From: an uncultured delta proteobacterium
GTDB taxonomy: Bacteria > Desulfobacterota > Desulfobacteria > Desulfobacterales > QNYZ01
NCBI GenBank assembly: GCA_963845145.1
Contig: CAWJQU010000005.1
Location: 224,001 to 288,000 of the forward strand
DNA: 64,000 nucleotides
Reading direction: 5' to 3'
Translations under genes and position numbers: made by a program
Part shown: piece after piece, positions 8,805 to 18,725 of the stretch
Position numbering within the stretch: position 1 is the stretch's first letter
How the letters are laid out: every line of letters starts with the position of its first letter
Notes under the pieces: generated by a model
Database searches by the model: none
What the model saw: the letters and a program-made list of their open reading frames with translations, nothing else
What the model was told of the DNA's origin: nothing

Positions 8805-11800
8805 ATGGGTAGAAAGTTAATTTTGAGTTTATTTGTTTTTGTTGTTGTTATGTTGCCGGTGAGCGTTTTTGCACAAACGACAGAACATTTTAGTGATGAA
8901 ACTGACAATACAACGTCATTTTCACATAGTGGGCTATCTTTTAGCATTGGAGGATCATATCTTCATATTGAGAACTATTCAAGCTATGGCTATACAGGTT
9001 CTGCCAATGATGATCATTATGTTGATAATTCAGATAATTTGATGGGTTCTGCAGGTGTAATCGGTTCTTTTACAAATTCAGGAAGCGATTTTTATGTTCA
9101 CAATTTTTATATTTTACCAAGTGATGACGGAGTATACCAGTCGAATGATGGCACCGTTACTATTAGGGGCAAATTGAATTCTTCTACTGAATTCACGCAT
9201 ACAGTTCAATCTGGAGAGATAAATATGTCTTCTCCGAATAACTATTATACTTATGTAAATTTGTCTTCATATAGTACTACTCGTATAGATGAGTTAGAGT
9301 TTGAAACTACCGGCGGCATTATATACTTAGCAATTGATGCTTTTCAACACAGTGCTGCATCCGGTAACGCAGCACCCACAGCATCCAGTTTTACCGCATC
9401 ACCAATTTATCAAGGAACTGTTTTTCCATTTGCAACCGCTAATTTTAGTTATTCTGATGCTGACGCTGACCCTTTTGATCACTTAAGGGTTACCGCTATT
9501 CCAGGTGCAGGCACTTTATGGGTGGATAGTGATGGCAGTGGAACTGTAAATGGAGCAGAATCGACTCTTTCAAATAATGGAACCATTTCAAAATCCAATT
9601 TGGATGCCGGGTACCTCAAGTATTTAAATACGAATGGAACTTCATCAAGTTTTACTTTTGATGTAAATGACGGAACTGATTATAGTGCCTCAACCTATAC
9701 AGCCACACTGACAGTAACACCCGAACCGACTGTAACTCTTAGCCTTGACCCTTTATCAAGTGTCTCAGAGAATGGTGGTACAACCAGTGTTAAAGCAACT
9801 TTATCTCATACATTTGATAAAACGGTAACGACAAACCTTGTTTTTAGCGGGACAGCAAGTGGAGCAGACTATACTGTAACAGCCACTCCCATTACAATTG
9901 CAAGTGGAAATACAGAGAACACGGTTACTATAACCGGAGAAGACGATGCGCTTGATGAGAACGACGAAACAATTATTGTTGATATTTCATCTGTAACAAA
10001 CGGAAGCGAATCGGGTACGCAGCAGGTTACCTGCACTTTGACAGATGATGATAATCCTCCAACAGTTACGTTTACAACAGTTTCGCAATCAAGCGCCAGC
10101 GAAACAGGGGCAATGACCATTACGGCACAGTTATCCGGTACAAGCGGAAAAAATGTAACAATTCCTTTCTCTGTAAATGGATCAAGTACAGCTACTGGTC
10201 CTGCACGGATTATTCAATATCTGCAAGCCCAGTAACTATTACTGCTGGAAATACAACTGCAAATATAACAATTACCATAGCAACTGATGCTTTAGACGAA
10301 AACAATGAAACTGTTATTGTTGATATGGGTGCACCTACTAATGCAACCCAGGGTGCAACTACTACTCATACTGCTACAATTACTGATGATGATTCTGCAC
10401 CGACTGTTACATTTACTGCAGCATCTCAATCAAGTGCTGGTGAAACTGGAACTATGACTATTACTGCACAACTTTCTGCTGCAAGTGGGCGTGATGTTAC
10501 TGTTCCATTTAGCATAAATGGATCAAGTACTGCAACGTGATCCTACGGATTATAGTATTACTGGAAGCCCAATAACTATTACTGCTGGAAATACAACTCC
10601 AAATATAACTATTACTATTGCAACTGATACAATAGATGAGGACAATGAAACTGTTATTGTTGATATGGGTGCACCTACCAATGCTACACAGGGTGCAACT
10701 ACTACTCATACTGCAACTATTACTGATGATGATGCTGCGCCGACTGTTACATTTACTGCTGCATCACAATCAAGTGCTGGTGAAACTGGAACAATGACTA
10801 TTACTGCACAACTTTCTGCAGCAAGTGGGACTTGATGTAACTGTTCCATTTAGCATAAATGGATCAAGTACTGCAACTGCTGATCCTGCGGATTATAGTA
10901 TTACTGGAAGCCCAATAACTATTACTGCTGGAAATACTACTGCAAAATATAACTATTACTATTGCAACTGACGCATTAGATGAAGACAATGAAACTGTTA
11001 TTGTAGATATGGGTTCACCTACTAATGCAACACAGGGTGCAACAACTACTCATACTGCTACTATTACTGATGATGATGCTGCTCCAACTGTTACATTTAC
11101 TGCTGCATCTCAATCAAGTGCTGGTGAAACTGGAACTATGACTATTACTGCACAACTTTCTGCAGCTAAGTGGTCTTGATGTAACTGTTCCATTTAGCAT
11201 AAATGGATCAAGTACTGCAACGGCTGGATCCTGCGGATTATAGTATTACTGGAAGCCCAATAACTATTACTGCTGGAAATACAACGCTGATATAACAATA
11301 ACTATTGCAACTGATGCCTTAGATGAAGACAATGAAACTGTTATTGTTGATATGGGTACACCTACTAATGCAACCCAAGGTGCTACAACTACTCATACTG
11401 CTACAATTACTGATGATGATGAATCCCCTCCTTCAGCTACAACAAATGCTGCAAATAACATAGATGAAACCAGCGCCACCCTGAATGGGACTATAAATGC
11501 AAACAATGCCAGCACGACTGTTACCTTCGAGTATGGCCATACCACGGCTTATGGTGAAACAATTACTGCGGATCAAAGTCCTGTTAATGGGACTTCCGGC
11601 ACACCCGTATCAAAGGAAATTACGGGTCTTGTTCCGAACGCCACTTATCACTATCGTGTTGTGGGAGTGAATAGTGCTGGTACGACCAATGGATCGGACA
11701 TGACATTTACGACGAGTACCGTTGTGCCGACCGTAACGACAGAAGCTGCGTCTTCGATCAGTAGCAACGCTGCGACGTTGAATGGAACCGTAAATGCAAA

Positions 11801-12089
11801 CAATGCCAGTACGACTGTTACCTTCGAGTATGGCCTTACCTCGGCTTATGGAACAACAGTTGCTGCGGATCAAAGTCCTGTTAATGGGACTTCCGGCACA
11901 CCCGTGTCAAAGGAAATTACAGGTCTTGATCTGAATGCCACTTATCACTATCGCGTGGTGGGAGTGAATAGTGCTGGTACAACCAATGGGTCGGACATGA
12001 CATTCATTACCCAAAATGATGAATTCCCGTGGTTAATTTTTATACCAGGGCTTGTTTCACCCAACAAAAGATCTAATGATGGACAATAA
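8805..12089 (+). CDS. Secreted adhesin-like protein with Calx-beta-like and FN3-like repeats (frameshifted in this assembly)
   Basis: Signal peptide; DDALDENDETIIV/TITDDD repeats; YHYRVVGVNSAGT repeats; first and last ORF pieces share a frame (~1094 aa if repaired). Confidence 0.8.
10044..11420 (+). repeat. Four ~342-bp intragenic tandem repeats
   Basis: GATGATGAT anchors at 10044, 10385, 10725, 11069, 11412. Confidence 0.9.
11430..12010 (+). repeat. Two 297-bp FN3-like repeats
   Basis: GCAAACAATGCCAG at 11499 and 11796. Confidence 0.9.
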
Positions 12090-12466
12090 ATTTGTCGATT
12101 TTGAAAAACCCCATTACCCATTACAATCATGATACAAAATGTTGAGAATGTGACATAGGAATCGCAAGTATTTATTACAAATCCTTCACTTTTCCTGCAA
12201 ATTTTATCACATGAAACCAAGACAATCAGCACACAAAAATCCTCAAAAGGATCTGTTTCGGGTTGAGCTAACCAAGATCATCGCCCAGGCCACCGGTTGA
12301 GGCTGGGACAAATATTGCATTCCAAATAGACTGATCAGAAATACCGGCAGTAAAATAAAAAGATTGCTAAGAGGAACAATAATAATCACACATATAACAT
12401 AAGAAACATATTGAAAATATCTGGACGATTTCCGGAATATTAAGAGTTTGGACCCATTTAGGAATT

Positions 12467-12954
12467 GGGGACAAACCTTGATTTGAGTAATAACTTTATC
12501 CGTTTTCTTCTTCAAACCTCTATTCTGTCTCAAATTTTTTCTGAAGCTATGTACAGCATGACTGACCATTGAAAAACTTAAATTAAATACATCGGCAATC
12601 TGCTGGTTGCTAAACAATCCTGTTTGCCATAAAACATATAGTATCAGGTTGCGCTAACCGACGAGGTGAAGGGATCTTTTCAGTTTCCTTAAGATAATTG
12701 ATGTCACTGCCCGTTATCCGAGCAATCTCGACCGCCAACTCATTCTCAAAACGTTCACTCAGATCTCCCAGCAAGCCTATAAAACCGGTCCGATCTGTAT
12801 CAATTGAAAAAATTGGTTTACCGTCGTTGCCCCGTGAAAGAACGTGGTAATACGCTCCCTCGAATTCGATTCTCCATTGTCTGCCCATGGCATGTGCTTT
12901 ACAGAATTTTTATCAATCGCCAATATTTATTACCCAATTCAAGGTTTGTCACCC
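12467..12954 (-). mobile_element. Internally deleted RAYT-type element (488 bp) with both TIRs
   Basis: GGGGACAAACCTTGATTTGAGTAATAA ... TTATTACCCAATTCAAGGTTTGTCACCC; protein junction SERFE|NELAVEI. Confidence 0.85.
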
Positions 12955-13468
12955 TTCATCAAAAACGAAAAGAATTACTACCGCAAAATGCGCTTTATTT
13001 ATGAGTTTCAGATAGTTATAGCTTTGGATGGACACTAACTATAACAATACCGCAATAATTGTGACAGCTATACCTGTGAGGATTGGGAAAAGCAATTTTG
13101 TATCGAATGGCCATTCACCCATTTGTGACAAGTATAATAGGAGGTAATTTATATACTCCGGCTCCAACCCCCAAAAGCCCCCCCGATTACGATATTTGAC
13201 AACCGATAGGCGGTTCGGTACTGGTAAAAGCATCCATATGCAAACATAAGGCTTATTAGAACCAGACAGTAATAACTCATCAGGGCGATGGGATAATGCA
13301 AGCTGTCTTCAATTCAAAGCCGAGCTGCCTTTTTTGTTGGGTTGGCTTTTTTATTAAAGAGAAAGGGGGAAATGAGAAATGTATTGATTGCTATATCTGT
13401 TACTTATTGTTTGTTGGTGTTATGGATAAAGAATGAAAGATGCTGAAATGTGAAATTACACTTCTAAA

Positions 13469-13900
13469 ATGGGAGCTGAAATGAATACAAAATCATATAT
13501 TACTGTGTGTATTCTATCGTTTGGAATACTGATGATGGTCTTATGCTGTGGAGATGATAACGCAGGTGATCACCCTTTCGTTGGCACCTATGAGTTAATA
13601 GATGGCTATATAGCAGATGGACCTCAGGATAAAGAATGGTGGAGTACTATATACGAAGACTATTCGGGCGACCTCACAATCGATGAAGACGGTAATGCAG
13701 TGGAATATTTTTGTGTTAAAGATTACGGGGAAGAGATGCGATGTTATACCAATTATTGTGAGATCAATGACAATATTTTAACAAGAAATGTTGACGGATA
13801 TGAAGCAGATTTTACAATGACTTTCGAAGGTAATACTTTGGAATATTGGGGGTTTGACAGTGGTGGAGTTACATTTGGATATATCTGGGAAAGGATTTGA
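13469..13900 (+). CDS. Putative lipoprotein, lipocalin-like
   Basis: Hydrophobic N-terminus ending CCGDDN; FVGTYEL; C-terminal YIWERI. Confidence 0.6.
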   Translation: MGAEMNTKSYITVCILSFGILMMVLCCGDDNAGDHPFVGTYELIDGYIADGPQDKEWWSTIYEDYSGDLTIDEDGNAVEYFCVKDYGEEMRCYTNYCEINDNILTRNVDGYEADFTMTFEGNTLEYWGFDSGGVTFGYIWERI

Positions 13901-13962
13901 CCGTTATTAACCCGGCAATAAAATACTCCAATTTATAGTCAAAGTGTGCTATAGATATTTGC

Positions 13963-14076
13963 ATGGAAAAAATTGACGCACGTAAACTTAGCACAGAGGT
14001 CCAGCAGCAATTCCGGAATCAAGCAATTCGGCTTAGAAAAACCGGAAAAAAGTACAAAGAGATTTCGGAAATCAAA
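13963..14076 (+). pseudogene. IS630-family transposase N-terminal fragment
   Basis: MEKIDARKLSTEVQQQFRNQAIRLRKTGKKYKEISEI, cut at the RAYT TIR. Confidence 0.65.
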
Positions 14077-14564
14077 GGATTAAACCTTGATTTGAGTAAT
14101 AACTTTATCGGTTTTCTTCTTCAAACCTCTATCCGTCCTCAAATTTTTTCTGAAGCTATGTACAGCATGACTGACCATTGAAAAACTTAAATTTAATACA
14201 TCGGCAATCTGCTGGTTGGTGAACAATCCTGTTTACCATAACACATATAGTATCAGGTCGCGCTCTAACCGACTCGTTGAAGGGATCTTTTCAGTTTCCT
14301 TAAAATAATTCATGTCACTGCCCGTTATCCGAGAAATCTCGACCGCCAACTCATTCTCAAAACGTTCACTCAGATCTCCCAGCAAGCCTATAAAACCGGT
14401 CCGGTCTGTATCATCTGAAAAAATTGGTTTACCATCGTTGCCCCGTGAAAGCACGTGGTAATACGCCCCCTCGAATTCGATTCTCCATTGTCTGCCCATC
14501 GCATGTGTTTAAAAAAATTTTTATCAATCCTAAATTCATATTACTCAATTCTATATTTGACACC
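14077..14564 (-). mobile_element. Second internally deleted RAYT-type element (488 bp)
   Basis: Same deletion junction as 12467-12954; TIRs GGATTAAACCTTGATTTGAGTAATAA / TTACTCAATTCTATATTTGACACC. Confidence 0.85.
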
Positions 14565-15074
14565 TACTTTACCCCAAAATAAGGGGGTGGGCCCATCACC
14601 ACCGTTACGTGGCTTTCGGCAGTACCTTCAGTTATGTTGACATAGCTGTTTATAATAGTTTATGGCAATGTATGACGGAAAGGCACCGGAGCAAGAGCAA
14701 AACATGGATGAAACTAAAATACTGATTCAGTGGCTCAAAACCGTGGATTTTCTCTGCAAGCGTAAAGGATAAAAAGGGAAACATACGCCTATACGAATTA
14801 ATCCGAGCCTGCAGCACAAGAATCGTCAGGCATGTGAAGATCAGGGGAAGAGTAAACCCCTTTGATCCTGAGTACGACGCATATTTCAAAAGCCGCAGGT
14901 TCTGCAAAACCTATGGACACCGTACCTGTCTTGCCGGAGGGTACCCATAAAACGAAAACAGCTGGGCTGCTCCGCAAGAGCAATCCTTAAAAAATGCTTG
15001 AGCCGTATGACGGGAAACTGTCAAGTACGGTTCTGAGGGGGCTTGGGGCTGGCGACAGCCCCCGGCTACCCGAT
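14565..15074 (+). mobile_element. 5'-truncated group II intron (IIB/CL1-like): maturase C-terminus, domains V and VI
   Basis: IRGWAHHHR..FSYVD..RH..KSKTW..KY*..RHVKIRGRVNPFDP (14579-14950, internal TGA at 14723); DV GAGCCGTATGACGGGAAACTGTCAAGTACGGTTC at 15000-15033; ends ACCCGAT. Confidence 0.9.
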
Positions 15075-15135
15075 CTAGACCGTGAGCTTCGCTTCGCTCA
15101 ACCGCGCCGTCAGGTGAATTAATGAGGAATTAGTC

Positions 15136-15651
15136 GTGTTGAAAAAAAAGTGCTACATATTAGCTGGACCCAATGGAGCAGGAAAAACAACTTTTGCAAA
15201 TGAGTTTCTTCCCATTGAGGCAGAATGCCTAAACTTCATAAATGCTGATTTGATTGCTCAAGGTCTTTCTCCATTTCAACCCGCCAAAATGGCAATCGAA
15301 GCCGGAAGGTTAATGATTCAACATATTGCTGAATGTATTCGAAAAAATGAATCGTTTGCTTTCGAAACAACGCTTAGCGGAAAAGGATACGTCCGGAAAA
15401 TAAATAATTGGAAAAAAAAACACTATGAAATTATCCTTTATTTTCTTAAGCTTCCATCAGTCGAGTTCGCTTTAGAACGTGTGAAGCTGAGAGTTGCCCA
15501 AGGTGGCCATAATGTTCCGGAAGATGTTATCCGACGCCGCTTTGCAAGAAGTTGGAATAATTTTAATATATTTTACAAGCCCTTGGCTGATTCGTGGATA
15601 GTTTTTGATACATCAGGTAAAATACCAGTTATTACAGATGAATCGGAGTGA
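15136..15651 (+). CDS. Zeta-toxin-like P-loop protein (COG4185-like)
   Basis: AGPNGAGKTT, INADLIA, FETTLSG, RVAQGGHNVP. Confidence 0.85.
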   Translation: MLKKKCYILAGPNGAGKTTFANEFLPIEAECLNFINADLIAQGLSPFQPAKMAIEAGRLMIQHIAECIRKNESFAFETTLSGKGYVRKINNWKKKHYEIILYFLKLPSVEFALERVKLRVAQGGHNVPEDVIRRRFARSWNNFNIFYKPLADSWIVFDTSGKIPVITDESE

Positions 15652-15857
15652 GTGCGATGAAAAAACATAATAAATATGCTGTGATTGGGTTAAAGGCTTT
15701 GCTAAGAGCTGCCGCAAAGGTCGCTGAAAATGCAAGAAAGAATAATTATAAAATTCCGATATGGAGAAACGGCCATATCGAATATGAATTTCCAGGAATA
15801 ATCACCGAACAAGGCGGCGCAGCTGACCAGGGCCACCGTGGGCCTATGGAAAAATAG
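15648..15857 (+). CDS. Small partner protein (putative antitoxin)
   Basis: Overlaps the upstream stop; IPIWRNGHI; 3' end runs into attC-like sequence. Confidence 0.55.
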   Translation: MSAMKKHNKYAVIGLKALLRAAAKVAENARKNNYKIPIWRNGHIEYEFPGIITEQGGAADQGHRGPMEK

Positions 15858-15915
15858 TACGAAATAGCTGATCAATTTGCATGCCATGGCGACATCTTTT
15901 TTTGATTGGGGGAAA

Positions 15916-17094
15916 GGTATCAAACCTTGAACTGGGTAATAACTTTATCTGTTTTCTTCTTCAAGCCTCTATTCTGCCTCAATATTTCTCTGAAGCTATG
16001 TACAGCATGACTGACCATTGAAAAGCTTAAATTAAATACATCGGCAATCTGCTGGTTGGTAAACAATCCTGTTTGCCATAACACATATAATATCAGGTCG
16101 CGCTCTAACCGACGCGTTGAAGCGATCTTTTCCGTTTCCTTAAAATAATTCAGGTCACTGCCCGTTATCCGAGCAATCTCGGCCGCCAACTCATTGGGAT
16201 CAGCCGATTTTAGCAATTTCCGTTGCTGGGGGATGTCGATATTCGGTTCGGCGGGTAAAAACGTTGCTTTTAGCCAGTCTACGAACGCCGGGGATCCAAA
16301 TATGAATCCGTGAACTACATCCTCCCATAACCGGTGTTTCTCATCGGCATACCGCTGAACTTTACGTCGATAGGCCAGGTAGCGATCTTTGGCAGTTGAT
16401 TGGGACAAAATCAATTTTGTCTTGAGCCATTTGGGATGATCTTTACCATACGCATACACGGGGTAACTGCTCCAGGGGTATTGGATCAACCGTTTCACCA
16501 GTCCGGCCCTTAGGGGATTGCGGTGAATATAGTACGACAACCGGCTCAAATAAGCGTCGTTTTCAACCAGAATACTTTTATAGCGGCCTTGGAACAGGTG
16601 GCCTCTACATGTGTTCCGATAGTTATAATGACGGGTGTAGGTCGTGCCGAACCATTGCATGGCATGAGAAAGATTGGTACGGCGGGTTTTTACAAGGTAT
16701 CTCAAAAATAATCTAAGCGCCCCTGGCGGCGTTGCAAAACGGTTCAAAATGCTCACATACTATGTTGTATGCTCCGCTTTTTCACCGTTTCGCGCCTTGC
16801 CAAGAACACTAACATTTATTTTGAGATACCTTGAAATAAAAGATGATAATGATTCGGCATCAGAACATAGGCAAACATATCGATCTCAAAACGTTCACTC
16901 AGATCTCCCAGCAAGCCTATAAAACCGGTCCGGTCTGTATCATCTGAAAAAATCGGCTTACCATCGTTGCCCCGTGAAAGCACGTGGTAATACGCTCCCT
17001 CGAATTCGATTCTCCATTGTCTGCCCATGGCATGTGCTTTACAGAATTTATATCAATCGTCAATCTTTATTACTCAATTCAAGGTGTGACACCC
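15916..17094 (-). mobile_element. Full-length RAYT-type (Y1 HUH) element with TIRs, gene interrupted by a 141-bp insert
   Basis: 17028-16834 plus 16692-15920 give ~320 aa with NHYHLL, GHLFQGRY, YIHRNP, WSS and a C-terminal HTH; the stop codon lies inside the TIR. Confidence 0.85.
16693..16833. repeat. Palindromic MITE/REP-like insertion
   Basis: CAAGGTATCTCAAAAATAA ... TTATTTTGAGATACCTTG. Confidence 0.8.
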
Positions 17095-17587
17095 TTCCTT
17101 CTAATGTACCCCTAATGTAGGGTACAGCCTCGACCGTTTCCCACTCTCTTTTGGCAATGTTCATAACTGTCTTGAGATTTGCCAGATGACGGTTGACGGT
17201 GGCCGGTGACTTGGTTTTGACCATGCGTTCAGACATGTCAGCAATCTGACTTGCTGTGATATCACTAAGTGGCCGGTCACCTAACATTTTAAGGACTGCT
17301 TTAAGCCGTGAGTTGACGCACATACAATCGGCCTGAGTGTCATACCGGCTACCAACTGCCCTGGTAATGGCATCAGACAACATCATGGCACCCTTCCTAA
17401 AAGTACCCTGCCTGAATGGGTTGACATTCCGTGGGCCTGTTTTCTTGGTGGCTTGGAATTTGAAGTCGGCAGCTATCTTCTCAGCCTCTTTACGCACTTC
17501 TGTCCCGGTAGACTTGCGAAAGATTTGCCCACGGTGCTGAAATTTGACATACCAAAATGGGGATTTTCCTCTGCGATAAAGTGTCAT
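17095..17587 (-). pseudogene. Phage tyrosine integrase, N-terminal part only
   Basis: LYRRGKSPFWY..RKSTGT, KSPATVNRHLANL; catalytic domain missing, cut at the TIR. Confidence 0.8.
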
Positions 17588-17769
17588 TATTTCATCCTTC
17601 CTTTACTTGACTGATTAATGTGCAAAGTTAATGATAAAGAGGATAAACATAATCCATCCACAAACTTTTCTCTCACTGTTTCGGGCATCATCCATAATCT
17701 GGTAAATCTTTCGTTCACTATTCAGTTCAGAAATTAATTCATCCTTTGTCATTGAGTTCAAATCCTGTT

Positions 17770-18123
17770 TCATAGTTCCTTCACCTTACCGGTCGCTAAT
17801 TTAATAATGTCGTTCATTACTTTCTCACCCTTCTTGGTTAACCTTGCAGACAATTGCCTTGTTTCGTATAAATCTGGTGAAAGGGTAACTAAACCAAGGC
17901 CGACCTGTTTGTCACCCTTCACTTTTGAACCGAACTTCCTGAGATTACGACTGATTGCACTGTGTGTAATTTTTAACCTCTTTACAAGACGTTGCTGAGT
18001 AATTGGGGTTGGATGTTCATTACAAATTTCGAGGAATAATTGCATCTGTTGCAAGTTAATGTCTCCTGACAAATCCGATAGGTACATAATAACTCTGTTA
18101 AGGTTGCCCACAGTCGTCTGCAT
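17770..18123 (-). CDS. MarR-like winged-helix regulator (phage type)
   Basis: ITQQRLVKRLKITHSAISRN..GLGLV..D..R..LTKKG. Confidence 0.75.
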   Translation of the reverse strand: MQTTVGNLNRVIMYLSDLSGDINLQQMQLFLEICNEHPTPITQQRLVKRLKITHSAISRNLRKFGSKVKGDKQVGLGLVTLSPDLYETRQLSARLTKKGEKVMNDIIKLATGKVKEL

Positions 18124-18290
18124 GTTTCCCCCTTTATTAAGGTTTGTTGTATGTCAGTTGGCGGTGTGGCAAAATCCCAATCAATACAAAAATGGTAGCC
18201 TGTTTCCCTGTTCTCATAATAAATATGAGATTCATAAACAGCCTCGATAATTGCATCTGGCGTTTCAATAGTGATTTTGCCTTTTGTCAT
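17982..18290 (-). CDS. Phage-like hypothetical protein
   Basis: AAAGGA RBS; overlaps the MarR gene, so the 3' end is uncertain. Confidence 0.35.
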   Translation of the reverse strand: MTKGKITIETPDAIIEAVYESHIYYENRETGYHFCIDWDFATPPTDIQQTLIKGETCRRLWATLTELLCTYRICQETLTCNRCNYSSKFVMNIQPQLLSNVL

Positions 18291-18530
18291 GTGATGTTTC
18301 CTTTTTGTTAAGTTATGGGTTACTCATACCTCCTCAAGTCTTTTCACCCATGCAATACTTCTTACAAGATATAGATTTGCTTGCCAACGCAATACTTGAT
18401 GCGCCTGTAAAAAGTCACGCGGCTGATTTGCCGTATGAATCGGCATATTCTGGCAGCGGATAGTAAAACGGGTTAAGTTTTGGCAATAATGCCAAAATCT
18501 GCTCTTTGAAAAATGAGGAAGGGTGAGGAA

Positions 18531-18625
18531 GGGTATCAAACCTTGATTTGAGTAATAACATTATCCGTTTTTACTTCAAACCTCTATTCCGCCTCAATTT
18601 TTCTCTGAAGCTATGTACAGCATGA
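18531..18625 (-). pseudogene. 3' end fragment of the RAYT-type element with TIR
   Basis: GGGTATCAAACCTTGATTTGAGTAATAA followed by sequence homologous to 15916-16010. Confidence 0.85.
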
Positions 18626-18725
18626 TGTTAATATCAGGCAAAAAATAATTTTCTAATCTTTCCTCTCCCAACATGCGGCCAAAGAATACGATAATTATTT
18701 CTCTCGTAACGTATTCGACCAGCAA

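Noticed and set aside
10044..12010. Repeats as DGR template/variable regions
   Set aside because: They are tandem coding domains whose differences are mostly synonymous and not adenine-specific; there is no DGR reverse transcriptase.
13280..13352. c-di-GMP-I riboswitch (AGCCGAGCTGCC)
   Set aside because: Only a 3'-like motif is present; no recognisable P2/GNRA or GCAAA core.
14723..14725. TGA as selenocysteine or readthrough
   Set aside because: It lies in a truncated maturase remnant and is best explained as a nonsense mutation.
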